Source: an uncultured Rickettsiales bacterium
GTDB lineage: Bacteria > Pseudomonadota > Alphaproteobacteria > Rickettsiales > CAYLHV01
Reading direction: 5' to 3'
Assembly: GCA_964383745.1 (NCBI GenBank)
Contig: CAYLHV010000003.1
Coordinates: forward strand, 33,590 to 97,589
DNA: 64,000 nucleotides
Shown: piece after piece, positions 55,872 to 64,000 of the stretch
How positions within the stretch are numbered: the first letter of the stretch is position 1
Layout: every line of letters begins with the position of its first letter
The notes under the pieces: model-generated
Told to the model about the DNA's origin: nothing
The model's input: only the letters and a program-made list of their open reading frames with translations
Databases searched by the model: none
Position numbers and translations under genes: made by a program

Positions 55872-57035
55872 TCATTTTGCAATAATTTCTGCATGGAGTG
55901 CTCCTGCAGATTTGATGTTTTCTAAAATACTAATCATGTCTCTCGGTCCAACTCCAAGTTCATTCAAGGCTTGCACTAAATCTCTTAAGGTCACACCACT
56001 ATCTACCATGGTTAGTTGTCTCTCTTCATTTTCATCAACTTGAATGTCTGTTTTTGGTGTAACAATTGTGCTGAGTCCTCCTGCAACCACCACACCTTCT
56101 TTATTTTCGACTGCTCCCCCAAGTTGGGTTTGGTCAATTGCGAATGGGTCTGGTTGGCTCACGTCAAAAGTTTCAGAGATTTTAATTGACAAATTACCTT
56201 GAGCAATTGCCACAGGGCTGATTCTCACATTGTCGGTGATCACCACAGTGCCAGAAGATTCTTCGATGATGATTTTAGCTTTTTGGTCCGTGTCCACTCT
56301 CATTTGCTCGATTTCTGCAAGCATTGTGAGCATTGATCCGGAGTAATCTTTTGGGAATTGCACTTCCACAGTTCCTGGGTCAAGTGCACGTGCAATTTGT
56401 TTTTTCATTCTTGAATTGATCACATTCGCCAAGTTGAAAGATGTTGAAATGTCAGGGTTGTTGAGTGAAAGTTTAATTGAAGACATGTCATTTAGTGTGA
56501 AATCAATTTCTTTTTCAATATTTGCTCCGTTTGAAATGAAAGCTGTGGTAGAAATGCCTTTATTAATGGTGGTGGATTTTCCTTTTGCTTCAAACCCTGC
56601 CACTGAAAGTGAGCCTTGTGCAACGGCGTAAACTTCTCCGTCAGCGCCAAGAAGTGGTGTGGCAAGCAATGTTCCGCCTTGCAGGCTTCTTGCATCACCT
56701 AAAGCACTGATTTTCACGTCAATTTTGCTACCGAGTCTTGAAAATGGGGGCAAAACTGCTGTGACTGTCACGGCTGCGACATTTTTTGTTTTTAGACTTC
56801 CGCCTTTAGTGCTCATTCCAAGTTTTGTCAGAAAATCTTCCAAGCCTTTTTTGGTAAATTCGTTATTTTTCAAAGTGTCACCAGTGCCATTAAGACCCAC
56901 CACAAGCCCATAGCCAATTAAAATATTGTCCCTAATTCCTTCAAATTTCACAATATCCTTAATTCTCACCTTCTGCAAAGCATGAGCATTTGCACTGGCT
57001 AGGATTAAGAATGAGAGCAAAATTTTTCTAAACAT
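55872..57035 (-). CDS. flgI: flagellar P-ring protein FlgI
   Basis: 387 aa with a signal peptide. VRIKDIVKFEGIRDNILIGYGLVVGLNGTGD and the C-terminus LNELGVGPRDMISILENIKSAGALHAEI are canonical. Confidence 0.95.
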   Translation of the reverse strand: MFRKILLSFLILASANAHALQKVRIKDIVKFEGIRDNILIGYGLVVGLNGTGDTLKNNEFTKKGLEDFLTKLGMSTKGGSLKTKNVAAVTVTAVLPPFSRLGSKIDVKISALGDARSLQGGTLLATPLLGADGEVYAVAQGSLSVAGFEAKGKSTTINKGISTTAFISNGANIEKEIDFTLNDMSSIKLSLNNPDISTSFNLANVINSRMKKQIARALDPGTVEVQFPKDYSGSMLTMLAEIEQMRVDTDQKAKIIIEESSGTVVITDNVRISPVAIAQGNLSIKISETFDVSQPDPFAIDQTQLGGAVENKEGVVVAGGLSTIVTPKTDIQVDENEERQLTMVDSGVTLRDLVQALNELGVGPRDMISILENIKSAGALHAEIIAK

Positions 57036-57073
57036 GATGTAATTCCTGAATTAAATTCTTCTTGAACTTAACT

Positions 57074-57089
57074 TGCAATTTCTGTGCCA
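57074..57089 (-). promoter_or_regulatory. consensus sigma54 promoter TGGCAC-agaaa-TTGCA upstream of flgI
   Basis: The reverse complement of 57074-57089 reads TGGCACAGAAATTGCA, a perfect match to TGGCAC-N5-TTGCA. 38 nt upstream of the flgI ATG, with AGGAA in between. Confidence 0.7.
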
Positions 57090-57212
57090 AAATCATTTTT
57101 TTAAAAAACTTTCATTTTTTTGAAATTAGTGCTTTACAGAGATTCTTTTTCTTGCTATATATTAAATTCGTATATTGTTTGTGAAAATGATGTACGAATC
57201 TCTCCTTAAATT

Positions 57213-57289
57213 GGGGGTGTAGCTCAGTTGGTTAGAGCGTCGGCCTGTCACGCCGAAGGCCGCGGGTTCGAGTCCCGTCACTCCCGCCA
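57213..57289 (+). tRNA. tRNA-Asp (anticodon GTC), CCA encoded
   Basis: Hand-folded: acceptor gggggtg/cactccc (one G-U pair), anticodon arm tcggc-ctgtcac-gccga, T-loop ttcgagt, 77 nt. Confidence 0.9.
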
Positions 57290-57322
57290 CTTTTTGCAAA
57301 ATAGCACATGGGGCATTAAGTC

Positions 57323-57790
57323 ATGACAGATCTTTTGACACAAGAAAAAATTGCAGTCTCAATCCAAAAACTTCCAAATTTCAAAGAGTTAGATCTTCCG
57401 TGTTATGCCACTGATTTAAGTGCAGGGGTTGATTTAGTCGCTGCACTTGAGGAAGATGTGATTTTGGAAGCTGGAAATTCAATTCTCGTCAAAACAGGTC
57501 TTGCCATTGCATTGCCAGCGGGTTATGAAGCCCAAATCAGACCTCGTTCAGGTCTTGCTCTTAAAAATGGCATCACTGTTTTAAACACGCCAGGCACCAT
57601 TGACGCTGACTATCGGGGCGAGATAGGTGTGATTTTGATCAACCACTCAAAACAAAATTTCAAAATTGAAAGAGGCATGAGAATTGCCCAAATGGTGATT
57701 GCAAAATTTGTGAAAGCCGAATTCCTGGAAAAATCATCCCTAGAATCCACCCAAAGAGGAACCGGCGGTTTTGGCTCAACTGGAGTTTGA
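57323..57790 (+). CDS. dut: dUTP diphosphatase
   Basis: 155 aa with [22 protein letters not shown] and a C-terminal [10 protein letters not shown]. Confidence 0.95.
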   Translation: MTDLLTQEKIAVSIQKLPNFKELDLPCYATDLSAGVDLVAALEEDVILEAGNSILVKTGLAIALPAGYEAQIRPRSGLALKNGITVLNTPGTIDADYRGEIGVILINHSKQNFKIERGMRIAQMVIAKFVKAEFLEKSSLESTQRGTGGFGSTGV

Positions 57791-57926
57791 TGATCGAATT
57801 AACTTATGTTGTTGAGTTACAACATTTATTATATTTCAAAATATAAAAATCTCATGTTTTTTACAAGAGGTTATTAACAAAACCTTGAATATTTGCCATG
57901 GATATCTAAAAAATCAAAAAACGATA

Positions 57927-57955
57927 TTGACACAAGAAATAAACAGTGTTATAAT
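57927..57955 (+). promoter_or_regulatory. sigma70-type promoter TTGACA-17-TATAAT (paralog of 1157-1185)
   Basis: Perfect hexamers. The surrounding ~125 nt are about 88% identical by hand alignment to 1135-1259. Confidence 0.6.
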
Positions 57956-58025
57956 ATACCCGTTCTTAATAAACTGAACATTATTTATTTTTTTAAGATA
58001 TAACTTTTTTTAATGGTAATTTAAA

Positions 58026-58637
58026 ATGACTGAAATACAAACAACAAAAGAAAACGAATCTTCAGAAAGCAACATAATGGACGACGGCATTACTCCAGAA
58101 TTGATTGAACAAGCGTTTTTGAGCTTTTCCTCACTATTCTCGAATGTCTCACTTCCATCAGTAAAGGAATTCACGGGAATGTTTTCATCAATATTCAAAG
58201 AGATACAAGGATTTGTAACGGGAGTTGCATCATTTCTCTCTAATTTAATGGATAAAGTGCGTTTAGGATTTTCGATTTGTCAAGAGGAATCATTTGGAAC
58301 AGGCAATTCTGAAGTTGACAAAGATCATCTATTCAAAATTTTTATAGATGAGATGGTAATTGGTGTAATGAATTTTATTTTAGGAGAACAAAAAACTAAA
58401 GTTAAACATAAGGGCATTTTTATGAAGTCTGTAGGCGGTAATTCATACAACGACATGATTGTGGATAATATAGATAAGGCAATATTACTTTCTGCAGGAG
58501 AGGCTATAGCAAAATGTATTTTAGAAGAACGAGAAACTAAAGCAGCAGAAGTGAGTGCCCATGAAAGAATTTTTGAGGAAACTTTGATTCAATCTCGTAA
58601 CCAAGAAAAAACAGAAAATAAATCTGCCTCTCTCTAG
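58026..58637 (+). CDS. hypothetical protein, paralog of 1254..1754
   Basis: 203-aa ORF with a shared N-terminal ~75 aa and a C-terminal ENKSAS. No domain recognised. Confidence 0.6.
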   Translation: MTEIQTTKENESSESNIMDDGITPELIEQAFLSFSSLFSNVSLPSVKEFTGMFSSIFKEIQGFVTGVASFLSNLMDKVRLGFSICQEESFGTGNSEVDKDHLFKIFIDEMVIGVMNFILGEQKTKVKHKGIFMKSVGGNSYNDMIVDNIDKAILLSAGEAIAKCILEERETKAAEVSAHERIFEETLIQSRNQEKTENKSASL

Positions 58638-58667
58638 ATGTATGAATTATTAAAATTGGTGCATGAT

Positions 58668-58700
58668 GGGACGAAGCGATCAAAAGAATTGCTTCGTTCC
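58668..58700 (+). terminator. hairpin acgaagc-N13-gcttcgt, sequence-related to 1773-1807
   Basis: gggacgaagcgatcaaaagaattgcttcgttcc followed by tgtttatt. The T-run is weak. Confidence 0.4.
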
Positions 58701-58904
58701 TGTTTATTCCCGAATATAATATTCCAAGATTTAATATTAAAGCTCCCCCTAAATTTATAAAATGACCCTCACATTTTTCTTGCGTGAGCCTCTTGAAAAA
58801 GAGCAAGACGAGCCTTATTTAGACTGCGTTGCTTGTTCGCTGTTTGGTGAAATTAGTGAGAAAGAGTTTGTTTATATAATTAATCAGGAAATTAGAGGAA
58901 AAAA

Positions 58905-59810
58905 ATGCCCATTAGTGATCAAGAGAAATATGCTATTTTCGAGGCGATTGAGGCTGGGAATGTGGAATATATCAGAAGTTTGAAATATTCAGCGCAAGAG
59001 ATTAATGCTCTTAGAGATGATGAGAATCTTTCGCCATTATTTATCGCGATATATCATGCTGCACCAGATGATGAAAATTTTGAGATTGTGAAAATATTGT
59101 CAGATATATTGAATATTGAAGCAAATATAGCTGGTGAATCTGGAGAAAATCATTCCTATACTGCGCTGACGGCCGCATGTAGACATGGTAAAATTCATAT
59201 TGCGAGGTATTTTTTAGATGAGGGGGCTAATATGTATAGCCCTACAGAAGAGGGTTTTACTCCTTTTTCTAAAGCGCTGCAATCAAAGAGTCTTGAGATG
59301 TGCAAATTATTGATTAAGCGTGGGTTTAATGTGTTAGATAATCATACTTACTATAAAGGCAAAAAAGTTGCAGGAGATCGAACCTATTTACATGATGCGG
59401 TGGAATTTGAATTTCCGAAGGGTGTTGAAATGCTGCTGGAACTTGGTATATCTGCATTAAGTACATTGGCGGCGAATGACAGCAATGCTTTGCACATGGC
59501 AGTGATTAGTGGAAATACAGATATTTGCGAGATGTTGATAAATCATGTGAAGAAGATGGGAGTTTCTGAGAGAGCTTTTGTAAAGATCAAAAATTCTCGT
59601 GGCATGACGGCTTTACATTATGCCTCTCATTCTGGTTCGGTGGAATGTGCTAAAATTTTGATCAAGAATGGTGCTGACATTAATGCTGTTAGCAAATATG
59701 GCACTGTGCTGGAAGATGCGAGAAATGTGCAAAGGGAAGAGAATAGAGATTTAACTGACCTCATAACATATTTCGAACAAGTCGAGAAAGATTTGGCGGA
59801 TGGGAAATGA
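58905..59810 (+). CDS. ankyrin repeat protein (301 aa)
   Basis: ANK elements YTALTAACRHGKIHIARYFLDEGANM, GFTPFSKALQSKSLEMCKLLIKRGFNV and GMTALHYASHSGSVECAKILIKNGADINA. Confidence 0.85.
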   Translation: MPISDQEKYAIFEAIEAGNVEYIRSLKYSAQEINALRDDENLSPLFIAIYHAAPDDENFEIVKILSDILNIEANIAGESGENHSYTALTAACRHGKIHIARYFLDEGANMYSPTEEGFTPFSKALQSKSLEMCKLLIKRGFNVLDNHTYYKGKKVAGDRTYLHDAVEFEFPKGVEMLLELGISALSTLAANDSNALHMAVISGNTDICEMLINHVKKMGVSERAFVKIKNSRGMTALHYASHSGSVECAKILIKNGADINAVSKYGTVLEDARNVQREENRDLTDLITYFEQVEKDLADGK

Positions 59811-60262
59811 GATTTTGCAAGAATTTTTGCCATCTGAGGCTACGTTAACGAACAAAATATTACGCCCTTCTGTGCCCCTGACTCGTTCTCATAGTCTAAA
59901 TCGAGGTTTTGCTTCGGCACCTCGTCCAACACCAATAGCTCAACTCCTGCTGTCGCCAACTTCTGCGAGGGTGAGTAACAGCCCTGGTCGGGTGCGGGGT
60001 TTGTGAAAATGAGATCTCTCGAGATAATGGATGGAGCTCTTGATGAGGTGTGTGGTTTGCTCAACCTAAAGTTGAGATTATTTGGAGAATTTAACGATTT
60101 CCTGCATTTTTCTTTGCGGCATTATGTGAAAATGTATGTTTTTTCAGTTGGTTATTCCAAAATCTAACAATTCCTAAAATTTCTTAATATTTTCCTTGAC
60201 CTTTGATTTGTATTAAGTTAATATTTCATGTAGAATTTAATTTATAGAAGTATATTAAAATT

Positions 60263-62350
60263 ATGATTAATGAGTTGTTATTAGAAGCAGTTAGAAATAA
60301 GAATTTAGAATCTGTGGAATATTTTCTTGAAGAACAAGGGGCGGAAATTGAATTCAAGGATGCAGATGAAAAGACTGGTTTGATGATTGCTGCCGAGATG
60401 AATAGCAAGGAAATTGTGCAGTTTTTGACTGCAAAAGGGGCGGATGTTCGTGCTAAAGACAAAAATAACAAAACCGCATATGACCTTGCAACTGATGCAG
60501 ATGTGAAGAAGATTTTGGAAGTTGCGGAACTGAACAGGATCTTGCTGGATGCGGCTCAGAAAAATAAGATAAGAACCGTCGAATTGTTAATCAAAAAAGG
60601 GGCGAATGTTCATGCTAGAGATAAAAACGGGAACAGCGCATATGATCTTGCAACTGATGCAGAGGTGAAAAACATGCTAAGCGCTGCTGCACAAGGAAAT
60701 GCAGTCAATGCTGTGTCTCAAGTTCCTGCAGCGGTGTCACATGTCCCTTCGCAAGATTTATCAGCTCCTCAGAAAAATTTGGATGCATTATTATTTAAGG
60801 CGATTACAGGCCGTGACATAAGCGCTGTAGAATCTTTGCTCAAACTTGGAGTAAGTGCTAATGCTAAAGAATCTGAAGCATCGGGATGGACTGCGTTACT
60901 TAAGGCTACTATGTATGGTCAAGAAAAGATTGTGGAATTGTTGTTGAAAAATAGTGCGAATATTGATTATCAAGGTAAATATTTATGTAGTGCGTTAGCA
61001 CTTGCTAGTCAATATGGCCACGAAAGAGTGGTGAGGATATTGCTAAAACACAAACCTAATGTTGATCTTCAAGAAGAAAGTGGATGGACTGCGTTAATGC
61101 ATGCTGCGCATGGTCGCCGCACAGAAATTGTGAGAATGTTGCTTGATGCGGGGGCGGATGTTAATCTGAAAACCTTAAAAGGAAAAACCGCATATGATCT
61201 TGCGGCTAATGACGACATCAGAAGCATGCTAAGTGCTGCTGCACGAGAGAATGCTAGGTCTGCTGCATCTCAAGCGGTCCAAGCGGTTGAGCAGCCTAGG
61301 CCCATGCCATTGCTTGTGCGGATTCCGGTTGGAGCGATTCAAAGGAATGTGCGCCCTGAATTTAATAAAGATTTTCTAGATGCGGTTGAAGAAGGTGAGG
61401 TAGAATCTGTAAAATCTTGTCTTGCAAAAGGAGCTGATGTTAATGCTAGAGCTGCGAAGCAAAGGACTGCTTTGATGATTGCTAGCTATGAGGACCAGCT
61501 TGGTATTGTAAGAATATTAATCGATGCTGGTGCAGATCTTGATGCTATAGATAGTTACAAAAAAACTGCGTTAATGATTGCTAGCTCTCATGGCTATGTA
61601 GATATTGTGAAAGCGCTGGTTAAGGGTGGGGCGGATGTTAATCTTAAAGACAAATTTGGGCATACTGCGAAAGATCTTGCGTCTAACAAAGAGATAAAAG
61701 ATATTTTAGAGAATGCGCATAAATATAAATCATCTTCGGAAAAAAATGCCAAGCTTTCTGGTTCGAAAAGGGCAGAAAATGCGTTTTCTCAAGCAGATGA
61801 AGCCAGGGCTAAAAGATCTCATGTTGCTAGAGTTTCTGGTGCGAAAAGAGGGAATGATGAAATTGCTCAAACATCGGAAGATCAAGAATTGAACAAGTCA
61901 CTATTAGATGCGGTTACAAATAATCAGGAAAAAACCGCAAGACATTTGCTCTCACGTGGGGCGGATGTTGATTTTGCAAATGAAGAAGGCCTCACTTGTT
62001 TAATGCTTGCGATTATTTTGCATGATGATGGGAAAATTGCGCAAATGTTAATTGCAGAAGGGGCGGATGTTAATTTGGCAGATCATCAGAGTAAAAATAC
62101 TGCATTAATGAGTGCTGCTCAGAATGGTAAAGCAGAACTCGTAAAGCTATTATTGGGAAAAAATGCGGATGTTACTGCTAAAAATAAAGATGAAAAAACT
62201 GCACTGGATTTGGCATCTGATGCAGAAGTGAGACAGATTTTGGAAAAAGCTTCTGAGACTCAAAAGCTTGATCAAAATGATGTGGAAGTTGCGGGCTTTT
62301 TGGCGAGATTAAGCAATTCATCGTCACCTTCTTCTCAGGGAAAGGGTTGA
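60263..62350 (+). CDS. ankyrin repeat protein (695 aa), five ANK blocks separated by linkers
   Basis: Many ANK repeats. Each block ends with a recurring KTAYDLATDA[D/E]VKxxL-type motif. Confidence 0.9.
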   Translation: MINELLLEAVRNKNLESVEYFLEEQGAEIEFKDADEKTGLMIAAEMNSKEIVQFLTAKGADVRAKDKNNKTAYDLATDADVKKILEVAELNRILLDAAQKNKIRTVELLIKKGANVHARDKNGNSAYDLATDAEVKNMLSAAAQGNAVNAVSQVPAAVSHVPSQDLSAPQKNLDALLFKAITGRDISAVESLLKLGVSANAKESEASGWTALLKATMYGQEKIVELLLKNSANIDYQGKYLCSALALASQYGHERVVRILLKHKPNVDLQEESGWTALMHAAHGRRTEIVRMLLDAGADVNLKTLKGKTAYDLAANDDIRSMLSAAARENARSAASQAVQAVEQPRPMPLLVRIPVGAIQRNVRPEFNKDFLDAVEEGEVESVKSCLAKGADVNARAAKQRTALMIASYEDQLGIVRILIDAGADLDAIDSYKKTALMIASSHGYVDIVKALVKGGADVNLKDKFGHTAKDLASNKEIKDILENAHKYKSSSEKNAKLSGSKRAENAFSQADEARAKRSHVARVSGAKRGNDEIAQTSEDQELNKSLLDAVTNNQEKTARHLLSRGADVDFANEEGLTCLMLAIILHDDGKIAQMLIAEGADVNLADHQSKNTALMSAAQNGKAELVKLLLGKNADVTAKNKDEKTALDLASDAEVRQILEKASETQKLDQNDVEVAGFLARLSNSSSPSSQGKG

Positions 62351-62391
62351 TTCTGAGATAAGTCACCTGTGGGACCCACCAAAAAAAATTT

Positions 62392-62422
62392 GTCACCCGC
62401 GAGCCGAAGGCGTGGCAAACCA
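62392..62422 (-). repeat. GC-rich dispersed repeat unit, inverted orientation
   Basis: The reverse complement ctggtttgccacgccttcggctcgcgggtgac matches the 10581-10614 and 62452-62484 units. Confidence 0.6.
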
Positions 62423-62447
62423 GAAGTGATGTTAGCTTCGTGAAAAA

Positions 62448-62488
62448 ATAACACTGGTTTGCCGCGCTGGCGCTCGCAATGACAGAAG
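62448..62488 (+). repeat. GC-rich dispersed repeat unit, direct orientation; partial units follow at 62493-62507 and 62523-62534
   Basis: ataacactggtttgccgcgc (20 nt) and gctcgcaatgac are identical to the unit at 10577-10617. Confidence 0.65.
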
Positions 62489-62578
62489 TGGAGGGCTCGC
62501 ATGTGACGGATGGAAATTGGGGGGGCTCGCAGATAGCTGGGGGGCATATTGGGGTGAAGGAATGGATTGGTAGTAGTT

Positions 62579-62610
62579 AAAGAGCCTTATGTTAAAATAT
62601 AAGGCTCTTT
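62579..62610. terminator. 12-bp perfect hairpin aaagagccttat-N8-ataaggctcttt, 24 nt beyond the nrdB stop
   Basis: Read directly. It lies between convergent nrdB (-) and the ankyrin gene (+). The U-tract is partly inside the stem. Confidence 0.5.
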
Positions 62611-62633
62611 TGGAAAAAATTAATCCTAGGATG

Positions 62634-63596
62634 TTAATCCTCAAATGCTTCTTCCCAATTTCCTTTTGTTGCAGCTTTGCTATATTCTGTGACGCGGTTT
62701 TCGAAGAAATTAGTATGTTCAACTCCGTTAAGAATTTCGTCAAGCCAGGGAAGGGGGTTGTTGTCGACCAAATAAATTTCTTTCATGCCAAGTTGCTTTA
62801 ATCTGCGGTCAGCAATATATCTGATATATTGTCTCACTTCGCGAGCTGTTAAACCTTCAATGTCGCCAACTTCAAATGCAAGCTCGATGAAAGCATCTTC
62901 AAAATGTACAATTGTGGCGCAAGCTTCGTAGATTTCACTTCTTAGGCCTTCAGTCCAAACTTCTGGATTTTCAGCAAGAAATGTTCTGAAAAGTTTGATG
63001 ATGGAATTTGTGTGCAAAGTCTCATCACGAACTGACCAAGTGACAATTTGCCCCATTCCTTTCATTTTATTAAATCTTTGGAAGTTGAGCAAAATTGCAA
63101 AAGAAGCAAAAAGCTGCAAACCTTCGGTGAAAGCTCCAAAAACCGCAAGAGTTAGCGCAATATTTTGCTTTGTGCTGACGCCAAATTTTTGCATATAGTC
63201 ATATTTATCTTTCATTTCTTTATATTTCATGAAAGCCTGATATTCAGTTTCTGGCATGCCAATTGTGTCGAGCAAATGAGAATAAGCGGCAATATGAACT
63301 GTTTCCATGTTAGAAAAAGCAGCCAGCATCATCTGCACTTCAGTTGGTTTGAACACTTGAGAATAATGTTTCATATAGCAATTATTAACTTCAATGTCTG
63401 CTTGAGTGAAAAAGCGGAAAATTTGGGTCAGAAGATGTTTTTCGCCTGTGGTCAAATTATATTTCCAATCTTTCACATCATCTGCAAGAGGAACCTCTTC
63501 TGGCAGCCAATGAATTTTTTGCTGAATTTCCCATGCTTCAAAAGCCCAAGGATATGAGAAAGGTTTGTAAATTGGTTTTGCATCTAATAAAGACAT
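62634..63596 (-). CDS. nrdB: class Ia ribonucleotide reductase beta subunit
   Basis: 320 aa with a ferritin-like di-iron protein pattern and the N-terminus KPIYKPFSYPWAFEAWE.QQKIHWLPEEV. Confidence 0.95.
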   Translation of the reverse strand: MSLLDAKPIYKPFSYPWAFEAWEIQQKIHWLPEEVPLADDVKDWKYNLTTGEKHLLTQIFRFFTQADIEVNNCYMKHYSQVFKPTEVQMMLAAFSNMETVHIAAYSHLLDTIGMPETEYQAFMKYKEMKDKYDYMQKFGVSTKQNIALTLAVFGAFTEGLQLFASFAILLNFQRFNKMKGMGQIVTWSVRDETLHTNSIIKLFRTFLAENPEVWTEGLRSEIYEACATIVHFEDAFIELAFEVGDIEGLTAREVRQYIRYIADRRLKQLGMKEIYLVDNNPLPWLDEILNGVEHTNFFENRVTEYSKAATKGNWEEAFED

Positions 63597-63622
63597 TTTT
63601 TTCTCCTAGTTATTTTTACAAT

Positions 63623-64000
63623 TCATTGACAAGACAAGCATTCTTCGCCATTTTTGCTATCAATCAGTTTCTGAATGTCAAATTCTCCTTCCACATGAGA
63701 GACTTTATCTGCTCTCTGAAGAGAAATTGAGCGATTATAATAAAGACTTTTCACGCCTTTCTTCCAGGCAAGAAAATGAAGTTGATGCAACAGTTTTTTG
63801 TTGATGTTGCTTGGCAAGAAAATGTTTAATGATTGTCCTTGGCAGATCATTTCTGACCTGTCTCCTGCAAGCTCAATCAACCATTGCTGATTAATTTCTG
63901 GAGCGGTTTTATAAACCAATTTTTCATGTTCTGTGAGGAAATCTAAATGTTGCACAGAGCCTTCATTTGTTGAAATTGATGACCAAGTCGCTTCTGTGTC
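63623..64000 (-). CDS. nrdA: class Ia ribonucleotide reductase alpha subunit, C-terminal 125 aa (gene continues beyond window)
   Basis: The frame stays open to base 64000. Contains FKTAPEINQQWLIELAGDRSEMICQGQSLNIFLP and a C-terminal CLSCQ cysteine pair. Confidence 0.9.
   Translation of the reverse strand, partial: DTEATWSSISTNEGSVQHLDFLTEHEKLVYKTAPEINQQWLIELAGDRSEMICQGQSLNIFLPSNINKKLLHQLHFLAWKKGVKSLYYNRSISLQRADKVSHVEGEFDIQKLIDSKNGEECLSCQ

Noticed and set aside
62335-62743. ORFs 62335..62547 (-) and 62432..62743 (-)
   Set aside because: They are translations of the GC-rich palindromic repeat cluster (...GLPRLRLAGD...) and of the nrdB terminator region. No start context or homolog is recognisable.

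Overview
This is a visibly AT-rich, gene-dense chromosomal segment with about 60 CDS and 3 tRNAs. I found no rRNA, no CRISPR array and no intact transposase or integrase. It reads like an obligate-intracellular alphaproteobacterium of the Rickettsiales/Holosporales type. Supporting clues are a short Rickettsia-like ValRS, a Rickettsia-like RuvX N-terminus, a 17-kDa-antigen-family lipoprotein, an AprD/AprE-type type I secretion pair, NDUFA12-mlaD-DUF2155 synteny and five ankyrin-repeat genes. The backbone genes are: the end of a potBC-like permease pair, glpX, lon-hup-tRNA-Val, dacB, a DsbA-like gene, rpsT, ruvX, a PAP2 phosphatase, an M48/TPR protease, fabI, a CDF transporter, kefB, T1SS ABC+MFP, a DAACS symporter plus TAXI binding protein, a tightly packed usp-ispA-xth-rnhA-NDUFA12-mlaD-DUF2155-tag operon, valS, dut and nrdAB. 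There are two flagellar operons: fliK-flgD-flgE on the + strand, and flgI / rod-binding / flgN-like / flgK / flgL / fliW / fliB on the - strand. Each is preceded by a near-consensus sigma54 -24/-12 promoter. Accessory or unusual content: (1) a tRNA-Ser-linked island with a MITE-like inverted-repeat element, GC-rich palindromic repeats, 5'-truncated GIY-YIG and Fic remnants, an intact class II Fic gene and an ankyrin gene. (2) A four-gene glycosyltransferase island made of two tandem duplications (GT2 x2, GT10 fucosyltransferase-like x2); the GT10 pair has a 428-bp 100% identical 3' tract. (3) Two copies of a cassette with a conserved promoter, leader and terminator but a divergent coding middle, each next to ankyrin genes. 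(4) Ankyrin proteins built from higher-order super-repeats. (5) Oversized FlgE (704 aa) and FlgK (930 aa). All functional calls rest on motifs and family resemblance that I recognise by reading the translations. No database search was run, and identity percentages are hand estimates.
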